A DNA stretch of 52,962 bases from assembly GCA_020536535.1 (NCBI GenBank), contig JAHLWZ010000903.1:1-52962 (forward strand). Direction: 5' to 3'. The DNA is from Pelomyxa schiedti (lineage: Eukaryota > Protista > Evosea). Position numbers and translations under genes: made by a program. How positions within the stretch are numbered: the first letter of the stretch is position 1; each line of letters opens with the position of its first letter. Below, one piece after another: positions 23,391 to 34,520 of the stretch. A model generated the notes under the pieces. The model had not been told where the DNA came from. It searched no databases and was given only the letters and a program-made list of their open reading frames with translations.

Positions 23391-26274
23391 ATGAGCACAG
23401 CAGCAGCCAAGCCCGCGACGGCCGCGGCGCCCGCCGCATCGGCAGCAGCAGCAGGGGGAGCCAAGGGGGGGGCGCCGGCCAAGGGCGCTGCGCCGGCCGC
23501 GGCGGCCAAGCCCAAGAAGGCGGGGCCGGGGATCGTGCCGCCGGCGCTGGCCAACTGCCCCATCAACCTGGGGCGCCTGAGGGACGCCAACCGCGACGCC
23601 CTCGCGGCCCTGCTGGACGTGAGCAAGACCCCCAAGACTCTCGTGGTCGACCCCAAGCTCACCGGGCCCTTGTCCCTCACTGTCGATGCCTCCTTTTATC
23701 AAGTACTCTTTTTTTTTTTTGTTAAATGTATTTTTTTTTGAGGAACCTATCTAGCTGGGATGGCGTTGGATTTTTTTTCTTTTTCTTCTTCTTCTCTTCC
23801 CTATTTAACTGGGTATTTAGGCACACCAAGTAGAAAAAATGATTCACTTCAAGCCGGAAATGCATTTTGACACACCTACTGTTATATTCCTCCTTCGCCC
23901 AAAGTACTTATATATTTCCCTCGTTTGTATCTCTGTCTAATGTAATTCTCTTAGGGTGTTCCTTACACAGCAAGTTGTCAACAGTGTAACAGCTTCCCTT
24001 GGGGGTTCTATTTCCTTTATCGTGTGCTTTGTACCGAGACGGACCATGTTTTGTGAGAAAGTAGGGATTCCTTTCTGCCGTTAAAACTTATATCAATGTC
24101 TAAAACAGATTCTGGAGGAAGGAAATGTATACCGACGCATTTCCATCATGGAATTGAATTTAGATATCATTCCCTTTGATGAAACTATTCTCTCCTTCGA
24201 GTTTACTGATGACCACCGAGAGAGAAGAATTGTGTGGTCTAAACCAACTCCGAATATCACCTTAACACTACTGGCGTGCATAACTCACACTCACAGTACA
24301 GGATGGGGATTTAACTACTTTGTTTTATGTAGCTGGTGGCATAATGAAACTACAATCAATGTATGGTCTCATCCCCAATATCATGTGTCTGGGGCCCCAT
24401 GCTCGAGTAATTTCCTTTAGCCATAGTAACTTTAGGATTGACTCAACCTCCCTCATAGTCTGTTTGTGAAATGATACTCCGTATGAGAAAGGAACTTCCA
24501 GAAGACCAGTCAGTAGCACCGGAAATAGACTCTATTATTATTCTTGATAGAGATATCGATATGGTTACCCCAATGCTCACAATGCTCACTTATGAAGGTT
24601 GCCAAGTTATTTGGGAATTGAAGCTTACTTTTTTTTCAAGGGCGAATCGATGAACAATTTGGAATTGTAAACAGTAACCTTCCCCTATAATGTCAGGGGT
24701 TGAGGGTTATGTGTTTGGGATATCTGTTTAACTTACTATACTCAGATAGTATCGAACTACCATATGAAGTTGTTGTATCGAGCAAAGAAGGACAACCTGA
24801 GCCACCACCAAATACCAAAGTGAGGTTCCAGCTAAACAACAATGACAGAGTCTTTGCGGAAATGCGAAATATGAACTTTAGTGCTGTTGGGAAAGCCTTG
24901 AGCAAAAAAGCAAAAGACATAGACCAATTTTATAAAGTAATGCCTGTTGCAAGTCTTAACAGACTAATTTTTCCTCCAGTCTAGACATGATGCCAACACA
25001 GTGTGCCAAATAAGGGATTTCATGAAGAAACTGGGTCCAACACAGGCGGAACATACTGCATTACGTGTCCGTATCCTACAAACACTTACTTCTGATCAAA
25101 TGAATTGAGTGTTGCTCTTAACTTTGTCAGATGCTGCAGTTGCTGACATGATAGGGAAAGAAATTAAAAACCCAGAACACGGGGAACACTTATACACAGA
25201 ACAAAGTAATCACTCCTTGATTCCAATATTCGGGAGAATTACACTTTTTGTTACCTCCAGCACTTATAAGTGGACCTGAGGAGGAAGGTTGGCAGGATAC
25301 ACTACTTGAGAAGTACATTGCTACAAAGGAACCGCTTCCTAAAGTCTTGCGACTTTTAATCCTTCACTCCCTCACCAGAGGCGGTTTCACGCAAAAAGAA
25401 TTGCTCTCCATCAAACAAGAAATAGTTCATGTAAACAAAAACCGTTTCCTGTTGCACACTAAATAGCATAGGCCTATGGCTTTGGGGCTATGTTCACTTT
25501 GGACAATTTAGAGCTTCTTGGTTTGCTCCGGCCACAAGAAACAAAAGACAATCCTTTTGATATTCTGAAAAAGCTTTTAAGCCTTTACAGCCCAAATCCA
25601 AATGAAGAAACCCCCGAGGATATTACCTACATTTACTCAGGGTAAAGCTTCATTCCACCTTTTCCCAGTTTAAGGAAATTTCCAGCTATGCACCAATCAG
25701 TGCCAGGCTTGTTGAGCTTGTCTTAACAGAAGGATGGGCCTCAGAAAGAATGAATGCCGTGATGCAAATTATCCCCGGCGAACCCCATACTATAACACAG
25801 GCAAAACACAACTCTCACTCTAATAATAACAATAATAGAATAATGAACAAGAACTTTATCAATTCCGCTACCTGTTAAAATCAAAGCTCAAACTTCTTTA
25901 CTAGGAATTGCCCCGAGGAACCCACTATGTTCCCCCAACTCATTCCGAGGCAATAGACCTCGGAACCGGAAACCCTCCACGATTAGCAGTCATATTGGTT
26001 GTTTTCCTGGGAGGTATGACATTTGGAGAGCATGCGGCCCTCAGGTTTTTGTCCAAAAAATGTATGTTTTTCACTCTACCTCTAGTCATTTTAACTCTTT
26101 TTCTCTATCCTCACAAATCTTAATACCAAACACCAAATTACCTAACCCACACCAACAGACCACTGTGAAATTATTGCAGTTACCACCAAGCTGCTCACTG
26201 GTACCACTCTGGTGGAGTCCTGGATGGAAAATCTGCCTGTATTTACACCAAGTGGTGTGGCCCAGCACGAGTAA
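23391..26274 (+). CDS. VPS33: Vacuolar protein sorting 33 (Sec1/Munc18 family), many introns
   Basis: KTLVVDPKLTGPLSL, FVPRRTMFCEK|ILEE, IDSIIILDRDIDMVTPMLTMLTYEG, FAEMRNMNFSAVG, DITYIYSG|YAPISARLVE, VVFLGGMTFGEHAALRFL. Confidence 0.95.
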
Positions 26275-26583
26275 ACAGAGGCTACAAATCACCAGACAAA
26301 TTGGGGAAAAAAATTTTTTTTTTCAAGCAAACACCATCCCCTGAGGCCGAACACCCAAACCTACTCATTGTTTTTTGGCACTCCATTGCAGACAACCTTA
26401 CATAGAACCTCTCACTGTTACAGTTCGAAGCTCTTGCTGTTGTTTATCGACTGCTATGAAAAATCTGTGGCTTCACGACCGCAAGTCTGGTCGGACACTG
26501 GCGGGAGGGAACCAGTTTTTACGTCCACAAAGGACCTTTCGATTTAGGGCTTTTTCTTTTTTTGGGGTTTGCTCGTTTGAGCG

Positions 26584-28082
26584 ATGCAACAGACGGCCAC
26601 GATCGACGCAGCGCATGCGGACACAATTGTGTGCCTCATCTGCCTCGGCAATCAACTGCACATACGTTTCGTTTGCTCACCTTGTCATAGCACTGTGTTC
26701 AGTTCGATTACTTTGGGAAGAGAATGGCCTCGTGCTCGTCTGACAAAACGGTGAAGGTGTTTGAGTATGGTTCCGATGACACATTGTCACTCTCGGCCGA
26801 ACTCGTGGGGTACTTCTTCTTTTCCCAATTTCTATTAACAGCCTTCTTCGTTGAGGGTGATCCTGCTAGACAATTTTCAATTCATAATTTGTGTTGTTAC
26901 ATTTTCTCCTTTCCTGTATTAATTAGCTTATAGTTATGGAATTGTAAACATAAAGTCTAAACGTAACTATGAAGGCATGATGGACCTGTGTGGGGTGTGG
27001 CTTGGGCACCACCGGCATATGGCTACATTTTGAGCTCATGTTCTGCTGATAAGAAGGTATTCATATGGCGTGAGGTGTCACCTGGTGTGTGGGAAGTCAT
27101 TCATCAGTACTCTAGTCACACAATGGCTGGTATGTTGTTTATCAGTCCATCCGTTCTCAACCCACAGTTTCTTTTTGTGACTCTTTATTTGCTCATCTTG
27201 TGCACTTGCCTTCCTCATTTTCTTAGTGTGCATGTTTGAGTATTGCATCACCACCGCCAGTGACATGTGTTAATTGGGCACCCAGTCATTACGGACTCAT
27301 ACTTGCTTGTGGCTCTGCAGACGGCCTCATCTCCATTTTAACAAGTGCTGGTGTGTCTCCTGATCTGTTGTATTGAACTGACCTCCAATGTAGATGGAAC
27401 AAACTGGGAATCCACAATGTTCGTTGCTCATATAACAGGTGTAACTGCCGTATCTTGGGCGCCCTATCCCTCTGGTTCTGTTGGTATGCTAGAGGAAACT
27501 CTTCACCCCCTCAAACTGCTTCGAACAGCTCCAAATCGTCTGGCTTCTGGCGGATGTGATAACCTGGTCAAGATATGGTGGTAATGCCTCTATTTTTACA
27601 TCGCTTCATTCAAATACAACCCGTTTTTTAGCTCGCGAGACAATACATGGGCACTAGTGCAAGTCTTGGAAGAACACAAAGACTGGGTGCGGGATGTTGC
27701 CTGGGCCCCTCATGCAGGATTGCCCTTTTTCATGCTCGCCTCTTGCTCCCAGGTGTTTAGTGATGAAATGAACCTGTTTCGCCACATGATAATAACTGAG
27801 TGAATTCACAGGATGGAATTGTTGCGATATGGACGCAGGAGGGCTCCTCTGCCTCTGGAGCCTGGAGCAGACAACTCCTCCCCAAGTTCACTGATACAGT
27901 GTGGCAGGTGTCCTGGACTGTAACCGGCAATATCCTTGCTGTGACTACTTGCCGTAACAAGGTAGAGAATGTCCCTTCTACTATGTAAGTTCTTATCTTA
28001 TTGGGGAAACAACAAGATTTTGTTATGGCAAGTCACTGAGGACAGGGAATGGAAGTGCATAGGCTGTGTTCCTGACAGTTAA
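26584..28082 (+). CDS. SEC13: Protein transport protein SEC13 (WD40)
   Basis: HADTI|HCVQFDYFGKRMASCSSDKTVKVF, HDGPVWGVAWA, RLASGGCDNLVKIW, HKDWVRDVAWAP, ASCSQ|DG, VWQVSWTVTGNILAV. Confidence 0.95.
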
Positions 28083-28274
28083 AACGCTGAACTTTGAACA
28101 AACAAAGAGGCGTGGATTTAGCTTTCAATCTATCTGATAGAACCCTGATTGGCATCACTCCCCTGCGCCTACTGTATAAACTCATTTTGGGCACAAAAAA
28201 AACAAATCTTTTTTTCCCGATGTCTATCACTGTGCCGGGTGCCACTCTACGCCTCTCAGTCCAGGACCAGGCAG

Positions 28275-29495
28275 ATGAGCAACAATGCAAAACTACCACC
28301 CCATACTGTTATCGTGCACGAACGCCGACATAAGCGGCATCACCCGCGGGGCGGCGTTGGAAGGCAAGACAACTGGGCTGAGGAGATCAAGGCTACTGCG
28401 TTACTTGATGCCAGGGAGCAATTCATCGCGTTGGGGTGCAGTCAATTGCCGCGATGCGGATCTCAGAGCGCTGCGAGGGTTTTGCCGTGGGCAGTTGTGT
28501 GCCGCTTGGGCCGCAAGTGGGTGGTCAGAGGAAGGAAAGTGACTGTGGGATTGATCAACACAAAGGGCGGAAAGTCGTTTGCGATGAGCAGTTTGACGGT
28601 GTGGCTGGATTTCAGTGTTTCGCTGACGTTGGGAGTTGTGAGGATGCCGCGAGTGGCTAGCTGGGGCGGTACAATTATGGGTTGGGTTTCAGATGAGCTT
28701 GCTGTGAAATTGGAACGTGGAGAGATTTACCTTTGGAACGTGGTTTCTGGGTGCAAATTTGGAGAACTTCTTGTGAAAGCCATCCAGGGTAATTTCTACT
28801 GTGTTGAGTGCACCACAGAGTGGCTTGTTATTCTTGACTATACCGGCAATTCTGAACACATGTCAGTGGAACCTTGCTTGCACATATGGAAAATAGTCAG
28901 TCGCATAGTACGTGACCGTGTCACTGTGAAGATTAACCGAGACTTATACTTTGAGACAATGAAAATCGGGGATAAAAACAAGCTATGGTTGTCAAGCAGA
29001 GCCACACCAATATTCTGTGAAGTGAATCTGGAGGACCTATATTCAACAGGAGAGTTGGAGTTCACAGAGATTGCGGACTTTGCTGACTTTCCCGTCAAGC
29101 CCTTCCCAGGAATGTTTTGGATGCTGCATGACAGGGATATAGTGATTGTTCACCAATTGCACGACAAGGCAAATAGACCCGCACTACTGAGCAATGCCTC
29201 CGGGCCTCTGGCTTTTCAGTTGATTCATCAGCCAAATGAAAGCGATGTGCCGCGGTACATAGGGGGAGACTACTGGTGCCTAGTCAACCCGTACATGTGC
29301 CGCGTATACAACGTAGCATCGCCGGATCCCGTGTGCCCCTGCTTTATCCATTGTGGCCTTGTGACCGGACCCTGTGGGGGAGGCTTCATTTCCTCCGTGG
29401 GAGGCTCCACTGTTGATCTCATTCCGGCTACAAGCAGAACGGCTGTTCTCCGGCTTACGGCAAACCCCTGGCGTGGCTGCTTCAAAGTGTTGTGA
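28275..29495 (+). CDS. Lineage-specific hypothetical protein with N-terminal F-box-like motif and beta-rich C-region
   Basis: Long intronless ORF with the motif AREQFIALGCSQLPRCGSQSAARVLPWAVVCRLGRKWV. The downstream sequence is rich in beta-strand-like segments. Confidence 0.75.
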   Translation: MSNNAKLPPHTVIVHERRHKRHHPRGGVGRQDNWAEEIKATALLDAREQFIALGCSQLPRCGSQSAARVLPWAVVCRLGRKWVVRGRKVTVGLINTKGGKSFAMSSLTVWLDFSVSLTLGVVRMPRVASWGGTIMGWVSDELAVKLERGEIYLWNVVSGCKFGELLVKAIQGNFYCVECTTEWLVILDYTGNSEHMSVEPCLHIWKIVSRIVRDRVTVKINRDLYFETMKIGDKNKLWLSSRATPIFCEVNLEDLYSTGELEFTEIADFADFPVKPFPGMFWMLHDRDIVIVHQLHDKANRPALLSNASGPLAFQLIHQPNESDVPRYIGGDYWCLVNPYMCRVYNVASPDPVCPCFIHCGLVTGPCGGGFISSVGGSTVDLIPATSRTAVLRLTANPWRGCFKVL

Positions 29496-29639
29496 ATTTG
29501 TTTCTACCAGCAAAAATAAACTTGCTTTGAAGGGTTGAGGAAAAAGCTAGTACCTAATATCTTAACGCGCTAATTGAGGGGAGCATCAACATTATTCCTT
29601 GTTGTTTTGCTACAAAATTGTTTGTTCGAGGTCATGGGT

Positions 29640-32412
29640 TCAGCAGATTATGCAGTGCCTCTTTTTGGTCTTGGTCTTACCCTTCGGCGCAGGTGTGGGT
29701 GTAGAAGTAGACGTGGTAGTGGACTCAGAAGTCGAAGTGGCACTTCCACTAGAGGTAGTGGAAGTACTTGATGTGGGTGTGGATGTTGATGTTGATGTGG
29801 ATGCGGATGCTGAAGTGGATGTGGATGCGGGTGTGGAGGTGGAGGTGGAGGTGGAGGTGGAGGTGGAGGTGGAAGCGGGTGTGGAAGGTGTGGGAGTGGG
29901 TGTTGAAGTAGCGGGTGTTGTGGCTGCTGTTGATGTAGAAGTCGATGTGGTGGTTGAGGCTGGTGCTGAAGGTTCCGCTGCGGGCGTTGTTGTTCCAGTT
30001 GCAACGGCGGGTGTTGTTGCCGTAGCTGTAACTTCAGTTGCAGACGGGGATGGCGCCGTTGCGGTTGCGGTTGCGGTTGCGGTTGCGGTTGAGGTCGCAG
30101 CCGCAGTTGCCGTTGCTGTTTCTGTTGCTGCTGCTGTTTCTGTTGCTGCTGCTGTTTCTGCTGCTGTTGCAGTTGCTGTGCTTGCTGGGGGAGTGGTAGG
30201 CTCTGCAGTGGTAGGTGTAGAGGGGGTGGGAGTTGGTGCCGTTGTTTCTGCTGTGGGTGCTGCGGTTGTAGTTGGGGTGGTTGTAGCTGAAGTGGACACC
30301 GCGGCGGTGGTAGGTGTGGTGGATGCAGTTGTTGTGTCAGTAGCTACCGCGGGTGTTGTGGCGACTGGAGTTGCTTCTGGTGTAACGGTGGTTGTCGAGG
30401 TGGCGGCTGCTGCGCTGGATGCTGTGGATGTTTCGGCGGAGGGCGTGGCAGATGTAGAGGTAGACGATGCTGAAGTAGAAGTTGACGCTGGTGCTTCAGT
30501 GGGTGTTGGTTTTGGCTCCGATGTAGGCTCGGGTGTGGTGGGGGAAGTGGTGGAACTACTAGAAGTAGTAGAAGAAGAAGCGGACGATGTTGTTGGGGTG
30601 GATTCCGCTGGTGTGCTTGGCGTGCTTGGTGCCTCTGGTTTGGAAGTGGATGTGGTAGTACTGGTTATCTCAGTGGGTGTTGTCGTGGAAGATTTACTCG
30701 TGTCTGGAGCAAGATCCTTTTCTTTTAGTATCTCAGTTGTTGTCGAGGATGTTGTTTCAGTGGCTAATGAGGATTTGGCACTTGATGAATCGGTAGCGGA
30801 AGTGGATGTTGAAGCTGGGGGTTTTGGGGGAGAAATACCCTTCATATCACCTCCATGTGAATGAAGGGGCCTGGCTGGAGAAACAGCTTGGGTTGTAGCT
30901 ACTTCGGGGAGAGGTGTTCCAGTAAATACAAAGGGAAATCCATGCTTCTTGGTAAATTCTTGCACAAGTTTCATCATCGCTGAATCCCCTTTATGCTTGC
31001 TGTTTATCACAACACCCGCAACGTGATCTGCAAATGCAACAGGGCCATGAATTTGAATCTCCTTGTAAGTAGATATAAAACTGCTATCTTTATGGGAACT
31101 GCGATTTTTTGTATGGTAAGGTAAGGTACAGAAATTAGGCTATAAAACCTTGCTTCCTGTGCTACACTTATCGTTTCAGCAATTTCTCTGTCTGTGTACT
31201 CTTTCAGCACATGAGCATACCACTCACATGAGGATATTTGCACGGTATCCAGAGATGTATCAGCACTAGCAAAACTTGTACGAAGTCTCACTCGACGAAG
31301 AACAAGGAAGGAGTCTCCATAACCACTGCAACAGCGTACACCATTCAAATCCTAATAACTTAGAGTGGATTTCCTCATGATAAATTGGTACATTCAACAT
31401 GTTAAGAACGCCATATTTTGGCCTGTCAAAGCCGGGACAGTCGTGAGGATAGGCACTGTTGAAGATGCGATCTTCCCAGGAAATCCTCATAGAATGCCCT
31501 TCTCCGTACCATCCACCACTGGTCTTTGTTTCGAACTAGTAGAGAAGTAGGTAATAGTAATTCAGCTTGAGCTTTCCCTTACTTGATTGCGATAATGTGT
31601 GTCCTTCACAAAGAATTTCATAACTTTATCGCAATTGAAGTGCACAATAATAGGGGCCTCATCTCGTATGTACTTCAAGACCTTCTTTAGAGCTTCTTCT
31701 GCGGTCCCTTTGTGCTTGGCTCTGTCAACTCTGGGAATTAACTGAGGGATGGCTTTCTCACTTTGGGGTCTTGCTTTACTGACCTATAGGCAAGGTTTGA
31801 ATAGATTCACACTAGAAAAAAGTGTTTTGATACCACATATTGCATGGCCTAAAGAAAAAGTGTAAGATTAAAGACAAAATTTTCCAAACAGTACTTTCTC
31901 TTGTATCGCATTTAGGCAAGCACATGCCGCAACTTCTTCTGGAGGTGGCAAAAACACTTTGTCAGCGTCAATAGCATTTGGATTTATATCTGGGTTCATT
32001 TCTCCAAAAAAAAAAAGTCAGGAAGATATAAAAGGAAGTAAAGATGATGTACCAAAAGTAGTAGGAAGTGTGTTTGCTGGAACAACAGGCATGTCTGAAC
32101 TCAAGAAGTCCTCGTCATCAAAGTCTTGGTCGTAGTCCTCGTCATAGTAGCCGTCGTCCTCATAGTCCCCAGCACTCAATGTCAACATCGACTTTGTCAA
32201 AGCACACATCACGCTCTCATTCAACATTGGTCCTGCTCCCCATCCATCACCACCACCGCCAACACACCAACAAACAAACCAACAAACAACAAACAAACAG
32301 CCAAAATCAGAAGGGTGATGGATCTATGAGCTTTTTTAGTACCTCCTCTGCCACGCCTGCTTTGCCTCATTCCTGTTCTGGCTGCGCTTCCTTCCGCTGC
32401 GGCCGTCCTCAT
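29640..32412 (-). CDS. DUF3626-like domain protein with ~400-aa Ser/Thr/Ala/Pro-rich tail and polybasic CaaX-like end
   Basis: Spliced core PIIVHFN..YRNQ|FETKTSGG..R..WEDRIF..RPKYGVLN..GYGDSFLVL..RLRTSF..YKEIQIHGPVAFADHV. C-terminus KGKTKTKKRHCIIC*. The start codon is uncertain (32412, 32370 or further downstream). Confidence 0.8.
29690..30800. repeat. Coding low-complexity tract: (GTGGAG)n near 29832-29873, (GCGGTT)n near 30060-30090 and an 18-nt duplication
   Basis: Directly visible tandem hexamers that encode STSTST, TATATA and ETAAAT on the minus strand. Confidence 0.85.
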
Positions 32413-32604
32413 TGCTCGGCGGTTTGATTTTTTTCTGTGTGTACAAAAAAAGGTTCGTTCATGGATTTCGGGCTTTCGCAAGAATTCTGATCCGAGCTCT
32501 CTTGTGGGACTAACCACAATGCGGCGCAAACAACTTTCTGGCCTCTGCTCCCTTGCCAAAGGTCTTTGTTTTGGACTTAGTGATGAAGAAATAACGAATG
32601 TGGG

Positions 32605-34303
32605 TTATTCTGTTGTGTGGTAACCACTAACACCAACCAACCGCAGAGAGGGGAGGGTGGTGTTGGTAGAACGTGGCTTGGTGGTTTTTGTGTTGTTGGT
32701 TGTAGCAGTTGGTGTTGGTTTTGGTGGGATGTTGGAGGTAAGTAACTGGTGTCTTTGTTTGAGCATAGTGAGTTCTTGCCGCTTTTGGGAAACAGCCGCC
32801 TGGTTGGAAGCAACGGAGTTCATGATACATTTTAATAAAGTCAATTCATGAATGGAAAGGCAGTGGCAGCACACCTCACATGATTTGAACTCGTCTCTGA
32901 GATACCGAGAGTGAGCTAAGGCTTTTTGGGTATGCAATTGATTATTTGCTTGTCTGACCGAATCGCGGTGCTTTTTTTTTGTTGTGAGAGCGTCTCGCGC
33001 CTCAGTATAATCCGTATGAAGGGCACTCAATGTGGCCTCAAGTTCACGATTGTCTTCCTTATTGTAGGTTAACTGGAACCTAAACGTAATTAACCAATGC
33101 ACAGAAGAACTCACTTCGATGGCAGAAATTTTTACCCCCAGTTGGGATATAGATCCCATATTTGCATCTACTTTACATTGAAGTCTTTTTATACCCTAGG
33201 TACAATGAACCCTTGGTAAAAGAGCTGTGGAAAACCTCCAGTCTCGCATTGATAGTGTCTCTAAATCTCTTATTTTCTATATAAAGTTGTTCGTTGTCTA
33301 TCGGATTGAGATCTCGGATTTCTTTCTCCTATCAGTGTAAGAAAAAGGAAGTAGGAACGGCTAGCAGAACCTTGAGTTTCAGTGCCGCGTCGAGTTCTTT
33401 GGCCCGCATTTCCAGAACCATACTTTCTGCATTCAACTGATCAATTTCTTTCAGTTTTGCAGCATACTGGTTCTCGAGTTCGTTTAAGACCTGTAAATGT
33501 GGTTACATCCCATGACGTATTTACGGGAAAAAACATTTCGGGGAACAGGTTTTCCTTTGACGTCTCTGGCCTGATGTGTGCATTGTCGGATGAACTCTGA
33601 TACATTGTGGTGTATATCAACTGCGCTTTGCTGTTTCTCGGCAATTACAAAGGGAACCGTTTGTTGGAGATTTGAAATCTCCGTTTGGACTGTCTGTATT
33701 TCTGCTTGAAGGTCCGCAAATTGATGAATGCAATCGATGTAAGACGAGGAGTGAGGTGGTGTTTGTGTCAATTCGGGAATAGCAGAACCTAGAAAATGGT
33801 GATAAACAGTCCGAATGAAGTGCGGCGGAAACTAACGCTGAATTACATCGTACACTTGGCTTCCAATCTGTGTCAGAAAAAACAAAGAACCAAAGACTAG
33901 GTAGTAAACGATACCTTTGTAGAATCTCGTGCAGCTTCACAAGAGACTCGTGCCCAGTGGTCGCTGTGTCGCACTGTAACGCGTTGTTGTCAACCGATGT
34001 GCCACTCACAGCAGTGGGTTCCGCCTCATGCACGGCAGCCGCGTCCGATCTGCCGTGCTCCGTTTCTGAGGTGACAGAAGCAATATTTGACACCACATCA
34101 GGGGGTGCCTCCTGGGATCCTGAGTCGGTTGGCGGCGGCGGGGGTGACGGTGGGGTTACTGTCGAGGGCACAGCACGTTGAGCACTGAGCTTAGCAGTGG
34201 CGGTGGTGGTAGTGGTGGTTTTTGTAATTACACGTTTATGGGGAGCTGGTGCTGCGGCATTGGCGGTTTTTTTCGCAGGCGCGTTGGTCGTCGTTCTTCG
34301 CAT
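32605..34303 (-). CDS. CCDC96: Coiled-coil cilia/flagella protein, CCDC96/CFAP184-like (DUF4201)
   Basis: Exon ~33237-33329 gives EKEIRDLNPIDNEQLYIENKRFRDTINARLE, resembling the family motif LHLIDFEQLKIEN. Also KGKPVP upstream and ARDALTTKKKHRDSVRQANNQL downstream. Confidence 0.7.
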
Positions 34304-34520
34304 TTTTCGTGTGATTGCCAATTTCTCATCTCAAACCCCCCCTACCCACTTCACTCTTACTCCACCCTTGGCACCCACTTCTTCGAACTTTCGTTCACGA
34401 AGAAGCCGGGAGCAGGCACAAGACAATTCCCTTGATTGTCATTCATGCGTGTTCCAAGCTTTTACAAGAACGACGAAGCGAAGGGAAGTCGAGGCAGGGC
34501 GAAGCGTTGTAAAAACGTAA

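Noticed and set aside
11555-28082. VPS9, VPS33 and SEC13 as a trafficking gene cluster
   Set aside because: They act in different complexes and are interspersed with unrelated genes. Adjacency is plausible by chance in a compact genome.
23391-28082. Non-canonical splice sites or an alternative genetic code
   Set aside because: The junctions I traced in VPS33, SEC13 and other conserved genes resolved with GT-AG and the standard code.
29599-30864. 421-aa Val/Ala/Glu-rich plus-strand ORF
   Set aside because: It is the antisense shadow of the Ser/Thr-rich tail. The minus frame joins a conserved domain and ends in a CaaX-like motif.
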